Below are positions 8,921 to 19,377 of a stretch of 28,417 bases of DNA, piece after piece. Made by a program: the position numbers and the translations under genes. Position 1 is the first letter of the stretch; each line of letters starts with the position of its first letter. Location: contig JBGCDR010000088.1 in assembly GCA_045105515.1 (NCBI GenBank), positions 1 to 28,417 of the forward strand, read 5' to 3'. The notes below the pieces were generated by a model. The model was not told the origin of the DNA. It did not search any database and worked only from the letters and a program-made list of their open reading frames with translations. Origin of the DNA: Oligoflexales bacterium (GTDB lineage Bacteria; Bdellovibrionota_B; Oligoflexia; Oligoflexales; Bog-1112).

Positions 8921-9008
8921 TAAATTATAAGTTTTCTTGCAGAAAATATTTCATTCAATGTTTTTGCTTCTCCATATTTATTTTCCATGTAAAATTGATT
9001 CGCAGGTT

Positions 9009-9037
9009 TTGCTAATGCTTTGACACTAGCTTATACT
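9009..9037 (+). promoter_or_regulatory. Putative sigma70 promoter for the xdhC-like gene
   Basis: TTGCTA (9009-9014), a 17-nt spacer, then TATACT (9032-9037). Confidence 0.5.
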
Positions 9038-9113
9038 CGGAAGATTTCGGTTTAATATATTAAGTTAAGAAATAAATGAAATTTATGGCTTACTCATTTA
9101 AAGGACAGGCTAC

Positions 9114-10178
9114 ATGAATTACCAGGAAATATGGATGTTCATTCATACGCAACTAAAGCAGGGGCAAGGGGTTGCAGTGATGATGGTAGCTGAAAATACT
9201 AGTGGTTCACCGGGACGAAAAGGCTTTAAAATGGCGATCTCTCAGAACGGGCTGAGTTGTGGTACCATTGGTGGTGGTATTATGGAATTTAAACTTGTAA
9301 AAAAAGCTCAAGATCTTCTCAAAGACGGATGCAAAGAAGTAAGATATATTCCTCAAATTCACCTGAAAAATAATTCTCCACATCAGTCAGGGATGATTTG
9401 TGCAGGCTCTCAAGTCATACTCCTTTATACTTTCTTTCCCGATGAAGTCTCTGTATTTAGAGATCTAGTCCACTCCTTTCAATCACAAGATCAAAATTTT
9501 TTCTTTTTGTTTGCAGATTCTAGCGGTTTAAAAATTTTGCGAGGACGAGTCGAAGAAGGTCTGAGAATTGGGGGAGACAAAAAATGGATCTTCCAAGAAA
9601 ATATAGACCCTTCTATGTACGTCTATATTGTGGGAGGAGGTCATGTTGGTTATGCTTTATCCAAAGTACTTTCCACACTAGATGCGTATATTACGATTTT
9701 TGATCATCGGGGAGATTTAGAAATGGTAATGCACAATCAATACTGTCATCGAATGATAGTTGGTCCTTATGAGGACATTGGACAATATGTATTAGAAGGT
9801 GATAACTCCTATGGTCTTGTAGTATCAACCTCTTTCAAAACTGATGAAGCAGGCTTAAGACAATTGCTCACAAAAAAATTAAGGTATTTAGGTGTTATGG
9901 GCAGTGGAGCAAAAATAAAGCAAATCCTAGCAAATTTGTCAGGTTCAGGATTTACGCAATCACAATTGCAGAAAATTAAAGCACCAATAGGTTTAAATAT
10001 TAAAAGTCGTACTGCTGCAGAAATCGGTATTAGCATTGCGGCGGAGTTGATTCAGGAAAAGAATGCTAAGATCTCTATTCCGACAAGCATTCCGCTAAAT
10101 GAAGAGCCTTTATCGCTAAGTAGTGCGTTAAATTTTCAACAACTCACCGATCGCACCAATAATTTATTTGAACTTTAG
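9114..10178 (+). CDS. xdhC: XdhC/CoxI-family molybdoenzyme accessory (Moco chaperone) protein
   Basis: Motifs GSPGRKGFKM, GTIGGGIME, GMICAG, IVGGGHVG, YLGVMGS and APIGLNIKSRTAAEIGISIAAEL. SD AAGGA lies upstream. Confidence 0.9.
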   Translation: MNYQEIWMFIHTQLKQGQGVAVMMVAENTSGSPGRKGFKMAISQNGLSCGTIGGGIMEFKLVKKAQDLLKDGCKEVRYIPQIHLKNNSPHQSGMICAGSQVILLYTFFPDEVSVFRDLVHSFQSQDQNFFFLFADSSGLKILRGRVEEGLRIGGDKKWIFQENIDPSMYVYIVGGGHVGYALSKVLSTLDAYITIFDHRGDLEMVMHNQYCHRMIVGPYEDIGQYVLEGDNSYGLVVSTSFKTDEAGLRQLLTKKLRYLGVMGSGAKIKQILANLSGSGFTQSQLQKIKAPIGLNIKSRTAAEIGISIAAELIQEKNAKISIPTSIPLNEEPLSLSSALNFQQLTDRTNNLFEL

Positions 10179-10635
10179 ATCGGTAGTTTAATTTGAGATT
10201 TCGTCTGTAATTGGTCCAATTGGTTTGAAACTAACGAATGCACTTAAAGACCAAACACTGACATTGATAAGCTCGTTCTTCAGTGCCCCTCTCATGTACA
10301 AACTTGAGCCAGCAATGAGAATCATCATAGTGTCTAATAATTTTACGAAACAGGCCCTCTGAAGTGATAATTCTCTCAAGAAAGCATAGGAATTGCAAAG
10401 ATAGCTCTACAAAATAAAATTGGCTATAGACCTCCTAAAAGGACCGTGACTCCAATACGCAATGCAACTGTCTAGGTTCTAGTCTTTACGCTCTACGAAC
10501 GTAAGTATAGATGATTTCGGATGTTTTATTACTAATATCGAGCATTTACCTTCCCTCTTCTGGAGTATAATTCCTCACTACCGAATAATACCTTTAGTCC
10601 GGAAGGTTTGTGAGAAATACTAAAAAATTTTTTTG

Positions 10636-10662
10636 TGTCACAAATCAAAACCTAGCGAAGTC
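10636..10662 (+). promoter_or_regulatory. Candidate ECF-sigma promoter upstream of the Cu/Ag efflux operon
   Basis: TGTCACA-N16-AGTC, resembling the TGTCACA-N16-CGTC motif described for ECF41-type sigma factors. Confidence 0.35.
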
Positions 10663-10688
10663 TTCAAAGATAGAAAATATTTAGTGCT

Positions 10689-11975
10689 TTGTGTTTAATT
10701 GTGGAGATGGGCTTGTATTATTTAATAAATATTGCCATGCTGACAATTATTATCAATAGTTCAGGATCATTGATAGCCTCTTCTTTAAACGAGGAAAATG
10801 TCTTAAAGATTCTTAAGCTGGTAAAGAAACAAAGTAATGCTGTTTTAGCTGTAAAACAATCCCAGATCGCCTCAAACTACTCTTATGAAGGTACGGGTTA
10901 TTTTCCAGATCCCAAGGTCAAATTGAAATTTTTTGGCTCTCCGATTGAGACTCGTAATGGACCCCAACGGTCTAATGTTATGGTTTCCCAAGTAATTCCC
11001 TGGCCTTCGGTTCTAAGAGCAGACGAGGAACTTGCTTCAAACAAGGCAAAAATAAAAGCAGAGCAAGTAGAGATTTTACTTTTGGATTTAAGTTTTGAAG
11101 TTAAATCGATCATCTACAAATATGTTGAAATTTCAAAAAAAATAGTAAATAAGCGAAAAATGATTATAAACTTTAATAATCTCAATCAGGTAGTTCTTGG
11201 GCGTCTTAAACTAGGCGCTGCACACCAAGCTGAAGTCTCTCGGATTAATATAGAGATTGCCAAGCTTACCCAGTCTGTAAGAACCCTAGAAGCTAAGAAA
11301 ATTGCAATCCAAGAAAAACTAAGATCGATGACTGGAGGAGAGGGTGTAGGTGATTTGCTTCCGATTTCCCTTCACCCAAAATGGACTCAGATTGGGTCCT
11401 TTGATCCAAGTAAAATTGAGATTGAAGGGCACCCCTACATTAGGCTTGCAAAAGCGAAGTTAGGTGCTGCACAAGCTAGTATTGAAAAACAGAACTCCAA
11501 ACGATTGCCAAAGCTTGGTGCTTCTGTGTCCTGGTTTCAAATTGACCGTCGCAATTCAGCTATGTCAGGCTCAGAAGCAGGAAAAGATGCCTGGGCAATA
11601 GGAGCATCCATTTCAATTCCGGTATGGGGCAGTAAGTATGATTCATTGGAGAAAAGTTCAGTTTCAAAACAAAAATCTGCACAAATGGGTTTGAACCAGA
11701 TGAATTTGGATCTTCGAACTAAAATTAAAAGTGTATATGAAGAGTTTCGATCAACTAGTGAGGTTTCATTGATTTTTGCTAATGATATTATCCCGCAAGC
11801 GGAGCAAGCGCTAAAATCTGATCGCGAATCTTATGCCCAAGGAAGTGTTCCCTTTGAAAGGATCATTACGGATTACATACGTGTCATTAGCTTTGAAGAT
11901 CAGCTCGTTGAAAATCAAGCCAAACAAGCAGCTCTTAAAGCTTCTCTTGAAAGGTTCATTGGAAAAAGTCTATAG
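10689..11975 (+). CDS. TolC/CusC-family outer-membrane efflux protein
   Basis: Motifs FPDPKV, SQVIPWP, LPKLGAS, ISIPVW and YAQG, with long coiled coils. First gene of the RND operon. The true start may be TTG at 10713, after GGAG. Confidence 0.85.
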   Translation: MCLIVEMGLYYLINIAMLTIIINSSGSLIASSLNEENVLKILKLVKKQSNAVLAVKQSQIASNYSYEGTGYFPDPKVKLKFFGSPIETRNGPQRSNVMVSQVIPWPSVLRADEELASNKAKIKAEQVEILLLDLSFEVKSIIYKYVEISKKIVNKRKMIINFNNLNQVVLGRLKLGAAHQAEVSRINIEIAKLTQSVRTLEAKKIAIQEKLRSMTGGEGVGDLLPISLHPKWTQIGSFDPSKIEIEGHPYIRLAKAKLGAAQASIEKQNSKRLPKLGASVSWFQIDRRNSAMSGSEAGKDAWAIGASISIPVWGSKYDSLEKSSVSKQKSAQMGLNQMNLDLRTKIKSVYEEFRSTSEVSLIFANDIIPQAEQALKSDRESYAQGSVPFERIITDYIRVISFEDQLVENQAKQAALKASLERFIGKSL

Positions 11976-11981
11976 GAGGCA

Positions 11982-13583
11982 ATGGTGAAATCCCTTTTTT
12001 GCATTATCATTTTATTAACTGCTCCTTTTGCTCAAACTGGAAATGGATCTTCTGGTTTTGCGAGTCAAGCAAGCAAAAAAGAAACTTACATTTGCCCAAT
12101 GCATCCAAATATTAAGCAACACGAACAGGGATCTTGTCCTGTTTGTGGAATGGACTTAGTACTTTTAGAGGACGATACAGAGGATGCCATGACATCAGCT
12201 ACTCAAGATTCTAGCTTAGATAGTCATGCAGGACATAATCATGAGCAAATATACACTTGCCCAATGCATCCAAATATTAAACAAAATGAACCCGGTAGCT
12301 GTCCTATTTGTGGAATGGACTTAGTTGGTATAGAGACAGAATCACCTTCTAACCAAGGGTTAAGTGAATCTATAAAAATTTCAAAGGCATCAAGAAGGTT
12401 AGCGGGAATCGAAACTGAGGTAGTTAAGGAAAATACAGCATATCAAAATATCCATGCCATTGGTTCTATAGACTTTGATGAGGGGAGAATATCTACCATT
12501 GCTGCTTATGTGGATGGAAGAATTGAAAAACTTTATGCAAACTATACTGGTGTTAAGGTCAAGAAAGAAGAACATCTTGCTAAGTTTTATAGTCCTGCAC
12601 TTTATTCCGCTCAGATTGAATATCTTCAAGCTAGAAATACATTGACTAAAATGCGTAACTCAAGGATCGCTAGTACTTTAAAAACCCAAAAGGTTTTGCT
12701 AAGCAATACAGAAAGAAGGTTAAAAGAGCTTGGTATGAGCAGTAAACAAATTGAGAGTCTTAAAAAAACTCGTAAAGCTAAAAGTAGGTTGGTCATGGAC
12801 TCAACGGTTTCAGGAACAGTCATCGAAAAGAATGCTGTAGAGGGAACCTATGTAAAAGCAGGGCAGATTATTTATAAAGTAGCGGATTTATCTACAGTCT
12901 GGTTGCTGTTAGATATGTTTCCAGAAGAAGCTACGTTTCTGAAATTTGGTCTCAAAGTTAAAGCGAGTATTCCTTCTATACCTGATCAAGAATTTGCTGG
13001 AAGAATTTCATTTATAAGTCCCACGATTAACAAAAAAACTCGTACGGTTTTGGTGAGGGTCGAAATTCCAAATCCCAAAGGAATGCTTAGGCCTGGTGAC
13101 TTTGCTAATGCATCCATTTTAGTCCCTGTGGACCCTAATGGAATGAAATCTAAGACCTATGATGCTGAACTAGCTGGGAAATATATATCGCCAATGCATC
13201 CTGCAGAAGTGAGTGATAAACCAGGGAAGTGTCCAGTGTGTGGTATGGATCTTATACCTGCTGAAGAATTTGGATATACCGACAATGAAAATGACCTGGA
13301 AAAGGTTGTTACGGTTCCAAGAGATGCGATTCTTTCGGTCGGTAAAGGGCATGTAGTTTTTGTGGAACAAGAAAAGGATCGATTTTCCCTAAAGGAAATT
13401 GTTATGGGACCATTGGTAGAAAGAAATAGAGTAGTGATTCTTAGCGGACTAAAAGCTGGGGATGTTGTGGCCTCAAGTGGAGTTTTTCTAATAGATTCTC
13501 AAATGCAATTATCTGGAAAGACCTCATTAATGCAAATTTCGACAGGAAAAGAGGCACCAAAAATGCAAGAACACAATCACTAA
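11982..13583 (+). CDS. cusB: CusB/SilB-type RND periplasmic adaptor with three heavy-metal-binding (YxCPMHP) domains
   Basis: YICPMHP...CPVCGMDL, YTCPMHP...CPICGMDL and YISPMHP...CPVCGMDL. MFP core motifs GRIEKLY, YSPALYSAQ, ADLSTVW and LRPGDFA. SD AGGAGG. Confidence 0.88.
   Translation: MVKSLFCIIILLTAPFAQTGNGSSGFASQASKKETYICPMHPNIKQHEQGSCPVCGMDLVLLEDDTEDAMTSATQDSSLDSHAGHNHEQIYTCPMHPNIKQNEPGSCPICGMDLVGIETESPSNQGLSESIKISKASRRLAGIETEVVKENTAYQNIHAIGSIDFDEGRISTIAAYVDGRIEKLYANYTGVKVKKEEHLAKFYSPALYSAQIEYLQARNTLTKMRNSRIASTLKTQKVLLSNTERRLKELGMSSKQIESLKKTRKAKSRLVMDSTVSGTVIEKNAVEGTYVKAGQIIYKVADLSTVWLLLDMFPEEATFLKFGLKVKASIPSIPDQEFAGRISFISPTINKKTRTVLVRVEIPNPKGMLRPGDFANASILVPVDPNGMKSKTYDAELAGKYISPMHPAEVSDKPGKCPVCGMDLIPAEEFGYTDNENDLEKVVTVPRDAILSVGKGHVVFVEQEKDRFSLKEIVMGPLVERNRVVILSGLKAGDVVASSGVFLIDSQMQLSGKTSLMQISTGKEAPKMQEHNH
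12087..12325 (+). repeat. Intragenic duplication of a ~74-bp metal-binding module (12087-12160 and 12252-12325)
   Basis: Both copies share the blocks TTGCCCAATGCATCCAAATATTAA and TTTGTGGAATGGACTTAGT. Confidence 0.8.
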
Positions 13584-13608
13584 AAATTATAGAAATCGAG
13601 TTTTAAAT

Positions 13609-16600
13609 ATGAACTTATTAAAACATATCATTACCAAAATTGTTGAAAATGGATTTTTAAGTCTAATTTTTGTTTGTTTACTTGCTGTATATGGATTTTA
13701 TTCGCAAAAGACCGCGTCTGTAGACGCAATTCCAAATATTGGCCAGAACCAGGTGATTGTTCTGACAAAGTGGCAAGGGCAATCACCAAAAGATGTGGAA
13801 GATCAGGTCACTTATCCTTTATCAGTTGCTTTGCTTTCAGTGCCAGGGGCTGAGAGTGTTCGCGGAAAAAGCCTATTCGGATTCAGCTTTGTGCAGGTTA
13901 CATTTTCCGACAGCATTGATTACTATTGGGCACGCTCAAGGGTGTCAGAGCAGCTGCCTACTGTTGCAGGCGGTCTTCCAGAAGGTGCCAGACCCATGCT
14001 TGGTCCGGATGCTACTGGCCTTGGCCAAGTGTTATATTATGTTCTTGAGCCTTCAAAACCTACCAACCCTGCAAAGCTTAGATCAGTTCAAGACTATGTA
14101 GTTAAATATGCCTTGCAGTCAGTAGATGGAGTTAGTGAGGTTGCATCTATTGGTGGCTATGAACGCGAGTATCAGGTCGACCTAGATCCAGATCAGTTAC
14201 GATTTCATAAGATTTCTCTAAGAACGGTGATTAAAGCTCTTAAAGCCTCAAATAAGGAGGTGGGAGCCAAAACCATTGAACAGAGCGATATGGAATTTAT
14301 CATTCGGGGAAAGGGCTTCCTCGGAGGAGGGCAAGGAGCTGAGCAAACTATTCTCGACCTTGAAAATACTGTTGTTAATTCAAAAGAAGGTGTGCCCCTA
14401 CGTATAAAAGATATAGCTGAAGTTCGTAACGGTACTGCCTTTAGGCGTGGAGGTCTTGATCTAAATGGGATAGAAGCTGTTGGTGGCATTGTTGTGATGC
14501 GGCTTGGTGAAAACCCACGTGATGTTATAGAGAAGGTAAAAGAAAAGATCTCTCAGCTTGAACCATCACTGAATGGAGTTAAGATTAAGCCCATCTACGA
14601 TCGAACAACCCTTATTGACGAGACCATTAATACTCTTTTTGATGCCTTGGTTCATGAAATTCTTATTACAATTTTAGTGATTGTGTTGTTTCTTATGCAT
14701 TTGAAGACTAGCTTAGTAGTAGCATCAATTTTGCCTTTATCAGTATATTTGACCTTTATTATCATGAGACATATTGGACTTGATGCTAATATTATGTCCC
14801 TTGCTGGAATTGCTATTGCAATTGGAAACATGGTGGACATAGGCATTGTTATTGCTGAGAATGTGTATTGTCGTTTATCAGCTAATAGAGATCTACCTCC
14901 ATCAGGAAGGATCAAAGAGATTGCTGCAGCGACTGCGGAGGTTACTCCCTCCCTCCTTACAGCTACAGCCACCACAGTCATTAGTTTCCTTCCGGTGTTC
15001 TTTTTAACTGGTCGGGATTATAAACTATTTGCCCCTTTGGCACTTACTAAGACTTTTGCTTTACTTTCCGCTCTCATGGTCTCGCTTGTGGTGATCCCCT
15101 TGTTATCGAGGTTTTTTCTCAAGGAGAGAATCATCAGCTCAATTATAAAAAGAGCATTACCTTTTGTTGCAGCACTAATGGGGGCTTTACTTGCCTCTGC
15201 CATTGCGAAGTTCTCGTGGAATGATGAGCTGTGGATTGGCTTAGCAGCGATTTCTGGAGTAGTAGCTGGATATTTGCTGGGACTAATGGTAGCTATAGAA
15301 AATTTAACATCTCCAGAAAAGTCGATTGTTACTAGGTTAATATATAGAATGTACGAGCCCCTTCTACGCTGGTCAATAAACCACAAATGGCTCTTTGTTG
15401 TTATCCCAATCGTTATTTTAGGGGTTGGCATTGGTTCATGGAGCAAGCTCAAGACCGATGATTGGATTGCCCTCGATGAGGGAAGCTTTTTTTATATGCC
15501 TACTATGTATCCTGGAATCAGCTTTTCCAAAGCCTATGAAATCCTGCAAACTCAAGATGCATTAATTAAAGAAATTCCTGAGGTGGAAAATGTTCTTGGA
15601 AAAATTGGGCGGGCAGACTCTGCTCTTGATCCTGCACCAACTGCCATGGTTGAAACCTATGTAATGCTAAAGGATAAATCTAAGTGGCGAGCAGGGCTTA
15701 CTGAAAAGGATTTATGGAAAGAAGTAACGAAGCGAGCCACTCTTCCTGGTGTGACTCCTGCATCTTTTCTACAACCCATAGAAGGTCGTGTGGTAATGCT
15801 ACAAAGTGGTATTAAAGCCTCAATGGCAATTAGAATTTATGGAGATTCATTGGATGGTCTGGCAAAAGCTGCAGAGCAGGTAGCTGCTCATTTAAAAACC
15901 GTAGACGTTGTAAATGCGATGACTGTGAATCCAGATATTGTCTTAGGTAAACCATATGTAGAGTTCGAAGTAGATCGAACTGCAGCGGCTAGGTATGGTA
16001 TGTCCGTAGGTACAACTAACGAGCTGATTGCTACAGCTCTTGGCGGTTCTATGGTCAGTAAAACAATTGAGGGCAGAGAGCGATATCCGATAAGGCTTCG
16101 CTATCAAAGAGAGTATCGAGACCATTTAGAACGCCTTGAAAGCTTGCCAGTGGTAACAGGCAAAGGAGAAACAGTACCACTTAAGGTCTTGGCAAAAATG
16201 GAAACTCTTTGGGGGCCAGCAGGCATCTCCAGTGAGAATGCTCGTCTTGTTGCTCATGTTTCCTTCGCTCCATCTGGAAAAGTGGGGGCGATTGAGACCG
16301 TAGAGACTGTTATGAGTTCTTTGCGAAATGCACAGAAGGATGCAAAGCTCTCTCTACCCGCAGGATACAATATGGAGCCTGTTGGTTCTTTTCAAAATCA
16401 GATTGAAGCGAATAGAACACTTATGTGGGTAATCCCTTTGGTGATCTTGGTGAATCTATTTATCATCTTTCTGATGTTTGGGCGATGGTCTTTGAGTCTT
16501 TTAGTTTTTACCGGCATCCCCTTAGCTTTTGGTGGGGGGATGGTCCTTCTTTTTCTAATGGGACTTCAGATCAACACAGCTGTATGGGTGGGGTTCATTG

Positions 16601-16932
16601 CCTTGTTTGGGATTGCTGTTGATAATGGGGTGATTCTTAGTTCTTACCTGGAAGAGCGATTTAAGGCTCATCCAGCTAGGACTCGCAAGGATATTATCGA
16701 CAATGTTATTCACGCTGGTCTCAAACGTGTACGTCCATGTTTGATGACGACTACGACGACAATTATAGCCCTCTTGCCTGTCCTTTTATCGACTGGAAAA
16801 GGAGCCGAGGTCGCTAAGGGAATGGCTCTCCCAATTTTTGGGGGGATGTTTTCTGCATTGCTGGTTCTTTTGGTTCTACCGGTTCTATATGCGGGGATCA
16901 TGGAAAGAAAATTTGGTATGGGTAGAAACTGA
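13609..16932 (+). CDS. cusA: CusA/SilA-type heavy-metal (Cu+/Ag+) efflux RND permease
   Basis: Motifs DAIPN, VEDQVTYPL, YWARSRV, LGPDATGLG and NIMSLAGIAIAIGNMVD. Equivalents of the CusA Met triad are present (FYMPT, TAMVET, VVMLQSG), plus RVRPCLMT. Confidence 0.93.
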   Translation: MNLLKHIITKIVENGFLSLIFVCLLAVYGFYSQKTASVDAIPNIGQNQVIVLTKWQGQSPKDVEDQVTYPLSVALLSVPGAESVRGKSLFGFSFVQVTFSDSIDYYWARSRVSEQLPTVAGGLPEGARPMLGPDATGLGQVLYYVLEPSKPTNPAKLRSVQDYVVKYALQSVDGVSEVASIGGYEREYQVDLDPDQLRFHKISLRTVIKALKASNKEVGAKTIEQSDMEFIIRGKGFLGGGQGAEQTILDLENTVVNSKEGVPLRIKDIAEVRNGTAFRRGGLDLNGIEAVGGIVVMRLGENPRDVIEKVKEKISQLEPSLNGVKIKPIYDRTTLIDETINTLFDALVHEILITILVIVLFLMHLKTSLVVASILPLSVYLTFIIMRHIGLDANIMSLAGIAIAIGNMVDIGIVIAENVYCRLSANRDLPPSGRIKEIAAATAEVTPSLLTATATTVISFLPVFFLTGRDYKLFAPLALTKTFALLSALMVSLVVIPLLSRFFLKERIISSIIKRALPFVAALMGALLASAIAKFSWNDELWIGLAAISGVVAGYLLGLMVAIENLTSPEKSIVTRLIYRMYEPLLRWSINHKWLFVVIPIVILGVGIGSWSKLKTDDWIALDEGSFFYMPTMYPGISFSKAYEILQTQDALIKEIPEVENVLGKIGRADSALDPAPTAMVETYVMLKDKSKWRAGLTEKDLWKEVTKRATLPGVTPASFLQPIEGRVVMLQSGIKASMAIRIYGDSLDGLAKAAEQVAAHLKTVDVVNAMTVNPDIVLGKPYVEFEVDRTAAARYGMSVGTTNELIATALGGSMVSKTIEGRERYPIRLRYQREYRDHLERLESLPVVTGKGETVPLKVLAKMETLWGPAGISSENARLVAHVSFAPSGKVGAIETVETVMSSLRNAQKDAKLSLPAGYNMEPVGSFQNQIEANRTLMWVIPLVILVNLFIIFLMFGRWSLSLLVFTGIPLAFGGGMVLLFLMGLQINTAVWVGFIALFGIAVDNGVILSSYLEERFKAHPARTRKDIIDNVIHAGLKRVRPCLMTTTTTIIALLPVLLSTGKGAEVAKGMALPIFGGMFSALLVLLVLPVLYAGIMERKFGMGRN

Positions 16933-17019
16933 TTTGCTAGCACAAGTATTTGGTGAGAACTCAGACAGCTGATTTATTAATTCAGCTTAAAAAAATCTTT
17001 GGAAATAGGCTTCTAATCT

Positions 17020-19188
17020 ATGAGCGAATGTGTATATCACGAAAAGAAAAATCTACCTGATCTTAAAAATATTCCTGTAAATACAGTTTATCTATGCCCG
17101 ATGCATCCTGAGATAAGGAAGATAGGTCCTGGAGATTGCTCTAAGTGCGGCATGGCTCTTGAACCTCTTCTTGGGGATGATGGAGATGACAGTGAGTATA
17201 AGGATATGAAAAAGAGGTTTATTTGGGCTGCTGTTTTTGCAGTTCCGTTACTTGTCATTGCAATGGGAGATATGCTACCAGGTCGTCCATTCTCATCACT
17301 TTTATCAGCTTCTGGTCGTGTATATTTGGAGCTATTGCTTTCGCTACCAGTGTGTCTATGGTCTGCCTATCCTTTCTATACTAGAGCAGTTTCCTCATTG
17401 AAAATGAAAAGCCTCAATATGTATACTCTTATTGGCTTAGGAGTGTCGGTAGCATTTTTTTATAGTCTTGTTGCTGTGTTAGCACCAGAGTTATTTCCAT
17501 CTTCTTTCCGAGGAGCAGATGGACATGTTGCAGTTTATTTTGAAGCGGCAGCTGTTATTGTTACATTGATCTTGTTAGGACAGGTATTGGAACTCAGGGC
17601 TCGAAGCCAAACAGGTACAGCAATGAAAGAGCTTTTAGGCCTTGCTGCAAAGTCTGCCAGGAAAATTTCACAGGATGGAATAGAAGAAGATATTCCTCTG
17701 GAGACTGTCGCTATGGGAGATCATCTTCGCGTCCGTCCGGGTGAAAAGATTCCTGTAGATGGAAAGGTGATTCAAGGCTCAAGTACTATTGATGAATCTA
17801 TGCTGACAGGAGAGCCAGTCCCTGTTGCTAAGTCAACGGGAGACCAAGTAGTCGGTGCTACTATCAATGGAAAAGGTACACTTGTAGTCGAAGCCGAAAA
17901 AGTTGGGGCTGATACGCTTCTTTCTCGTATTGTACAAATGGTAGCAGAGGCAGGTCGCAGTAAAGCTCCGATTCAGAAAACTGCAGATGTTGTTGCGTCC
18001 TATTTTGTACCGCTTGTGATCCTCACCTCTATTCTGACCTTTATCATTTGGTCTATTTTTGCACCAGAGCCAAGATTTGTCTATGCCTTAGTGAATGCCG
18101 TAGCTGTGCTTATCATAGCTTGCCCATGTGCTTTGGGCCTTGCCACACCCATGTCGATAATGGTAGCTTCGGGAAAAAGTGCCGGGATTGGAGTCTTATT
18201 CAAAAACGCAGATGCTATTGAAAGGCTGCAAAAAGTAAATATCATTGTGGTCGATAAAACAGGAACTTTGACGGAAGGTAGGCCTCAACTAACAAGTATT
18301 ATTTCTATCGGGTCTATAAATGATCATGAACTTCTTCGCCTTTCTGCAAGTTTAGAGAAAGGCAGTGAGCACCCTTTAGCTGAAGCGATCGTTTTAGCAG
18401 CTGAAGAAAGAAAAATTAAGCTTACTGATCCTACTCAATTCGAATCTATCACTGGAAAAGGAGTTAGAGGATTAATTGATGGCAAAGCAGTTGCTCTTGG
18501 CAACAAAGCTCTGATGAAAGAAGTTTGCCAAGGAAATTATGATTCTAATCAAGCTGAAAATCTAAGGAAAAATGGCCAAACTGCTATGTTTATTGCTGTT
18601 GATAATCAATTGGCTGGAATTGTAGGTGTGGCTGATCCAATAAAAACCAGTTCTCAGGAAGCGGTTTCAAGTTTGAAGAAATTAGGGCTCTCAATTGTCA
18701 TGTTAACGGGAGATTCAAAAACTACTGCGATTGCTGTAGGTAGCAAATTGGGAATATATTCCGTTGTAGCAGAAGTACTTCCAGAGCAGAAACTGGAAAA
18801 AATAGAAGAGTTTCAAAATCAGGGCTATATCGTCGCTATGGCTGGAGATGGTATCAATGATGCCCCTGCACTTGCTAAAGCTGATGTTGGGATTGCTATG
18901 GGGACAGGAACTGATATTGCGATGGAAAGTGCAGGTGTGACCCTGGTCAAAGGTGACCTTACTGGAATTGTAAAAGCAATCCAACTGAGTAATGCAACCA
19001 TGCTTAATATTAGACAGAATCTGTTTTTTGCCTTCGTCTATAACTTTGTGGGAATTCCTGTTGCCGCAGGTTTGTTATATCCATTTTTTGGAATTTTACT
19101 AAGTCCGATGTTAGCAAGTGCAGCTATGAGTTTAAGTTCGGTTTCAGTTATAAGCAATTCCCTTAGACTTAGAAGTATAAAACTCTAA
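17020..19188 (+). CDS. copA: Copper-translocating P1B-type ATPase (CopA/SilP-like)
   Basis: N-terminal YLCPMHP...[10 protein letters not shown], then [40 protein letters not shown] and AMSLSS. Confidence 0.95.
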   Translation: MSECVYHEKKNLPDLKNIPVNTVYLCPMHPEIRKIGPGDCSKCGMALEPLLGDDGDDSEYKDMKKRFIWAAVFAVPLLVIAMGDMLPGRPFSSLLSASGRVYLELLLSLPVCLWSAYPFYTRAVSSLKMKSLNMYTLIGLGVSVAFFYSLVAVLAPELFPSSFRGADGHVAVYFEAAAVIVTLILLGQVLELRARSQTGTAMKELLGLAAKSARKISQDGIEEDIPLETVAMGDHLRVRPGEKIPVDGKVIQGSSTIDESMLTGEPVPVAKSTGDQVVGATINGKGTLVVEAEKVGADTLLSRIVQMVAEAGRSKAPIQKTADVVASYFVPLVILTSILTFIIWSIFAPEPRFVYALVNAVAVLIIACPCALGLATPMSIMVASGKSAGIGVLFKNADAIERLQKVNIIVVDKTGTLTEGRPQLTSIISIGSINDHELLRLSASLEKGSEHPLAEAIVLAAEERKIKLTDPTQFESITGKGVRGLIDGKAVALGNKALMKEVCQGNYDSNQAENLRKNGQTAMFIAVDNQLAGIVGVADPIKTSSQEAVSSLKKLGLSIVMLTGDSKTTAIAVGSKLGIYSVVAEVLPEQKLEKIEEFQNQGYIVAMAGDGINDAPALAKADVGIAMGTGTDIAMESAGVTLVKGDLTGIVKAIQLSNATMLNIRQNLFFAFVYNFVGIPVAAGLLYPFFGILLSPMLASAAMSLSSVSVISNSLRLRSIKL

Positions 19189-19377
19189 GTACCCACTCTA
19201 TTCGTACTAAATAGTCATTACCAACCTTTTAAAGTCTCTCATAGATTCAAGCAGTTGCCAGGTTAACCGAAGAAGTGTAAGAAAGATTAGATTATCATTA
19301 GGAATGAACAATCTCAACATATTGTTGTTCGAAAACTATCCGAAATAAATGTTTTTTTAGGGAGGTGCTGAAGCATA

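Noticed and set aside
9114..10178. Xanthine dehydrogenase operon
   Set aside because: Only the XdhC accessory gene is present. Stand-alone xdhC genes are not unusual.
16967..16995. Intrinsic terminator between cusA and copA
   Set aside because: The stem is weak (AGCTGA/TCAGCT) and followed by an A-run rather than a T-run on the coding strand.
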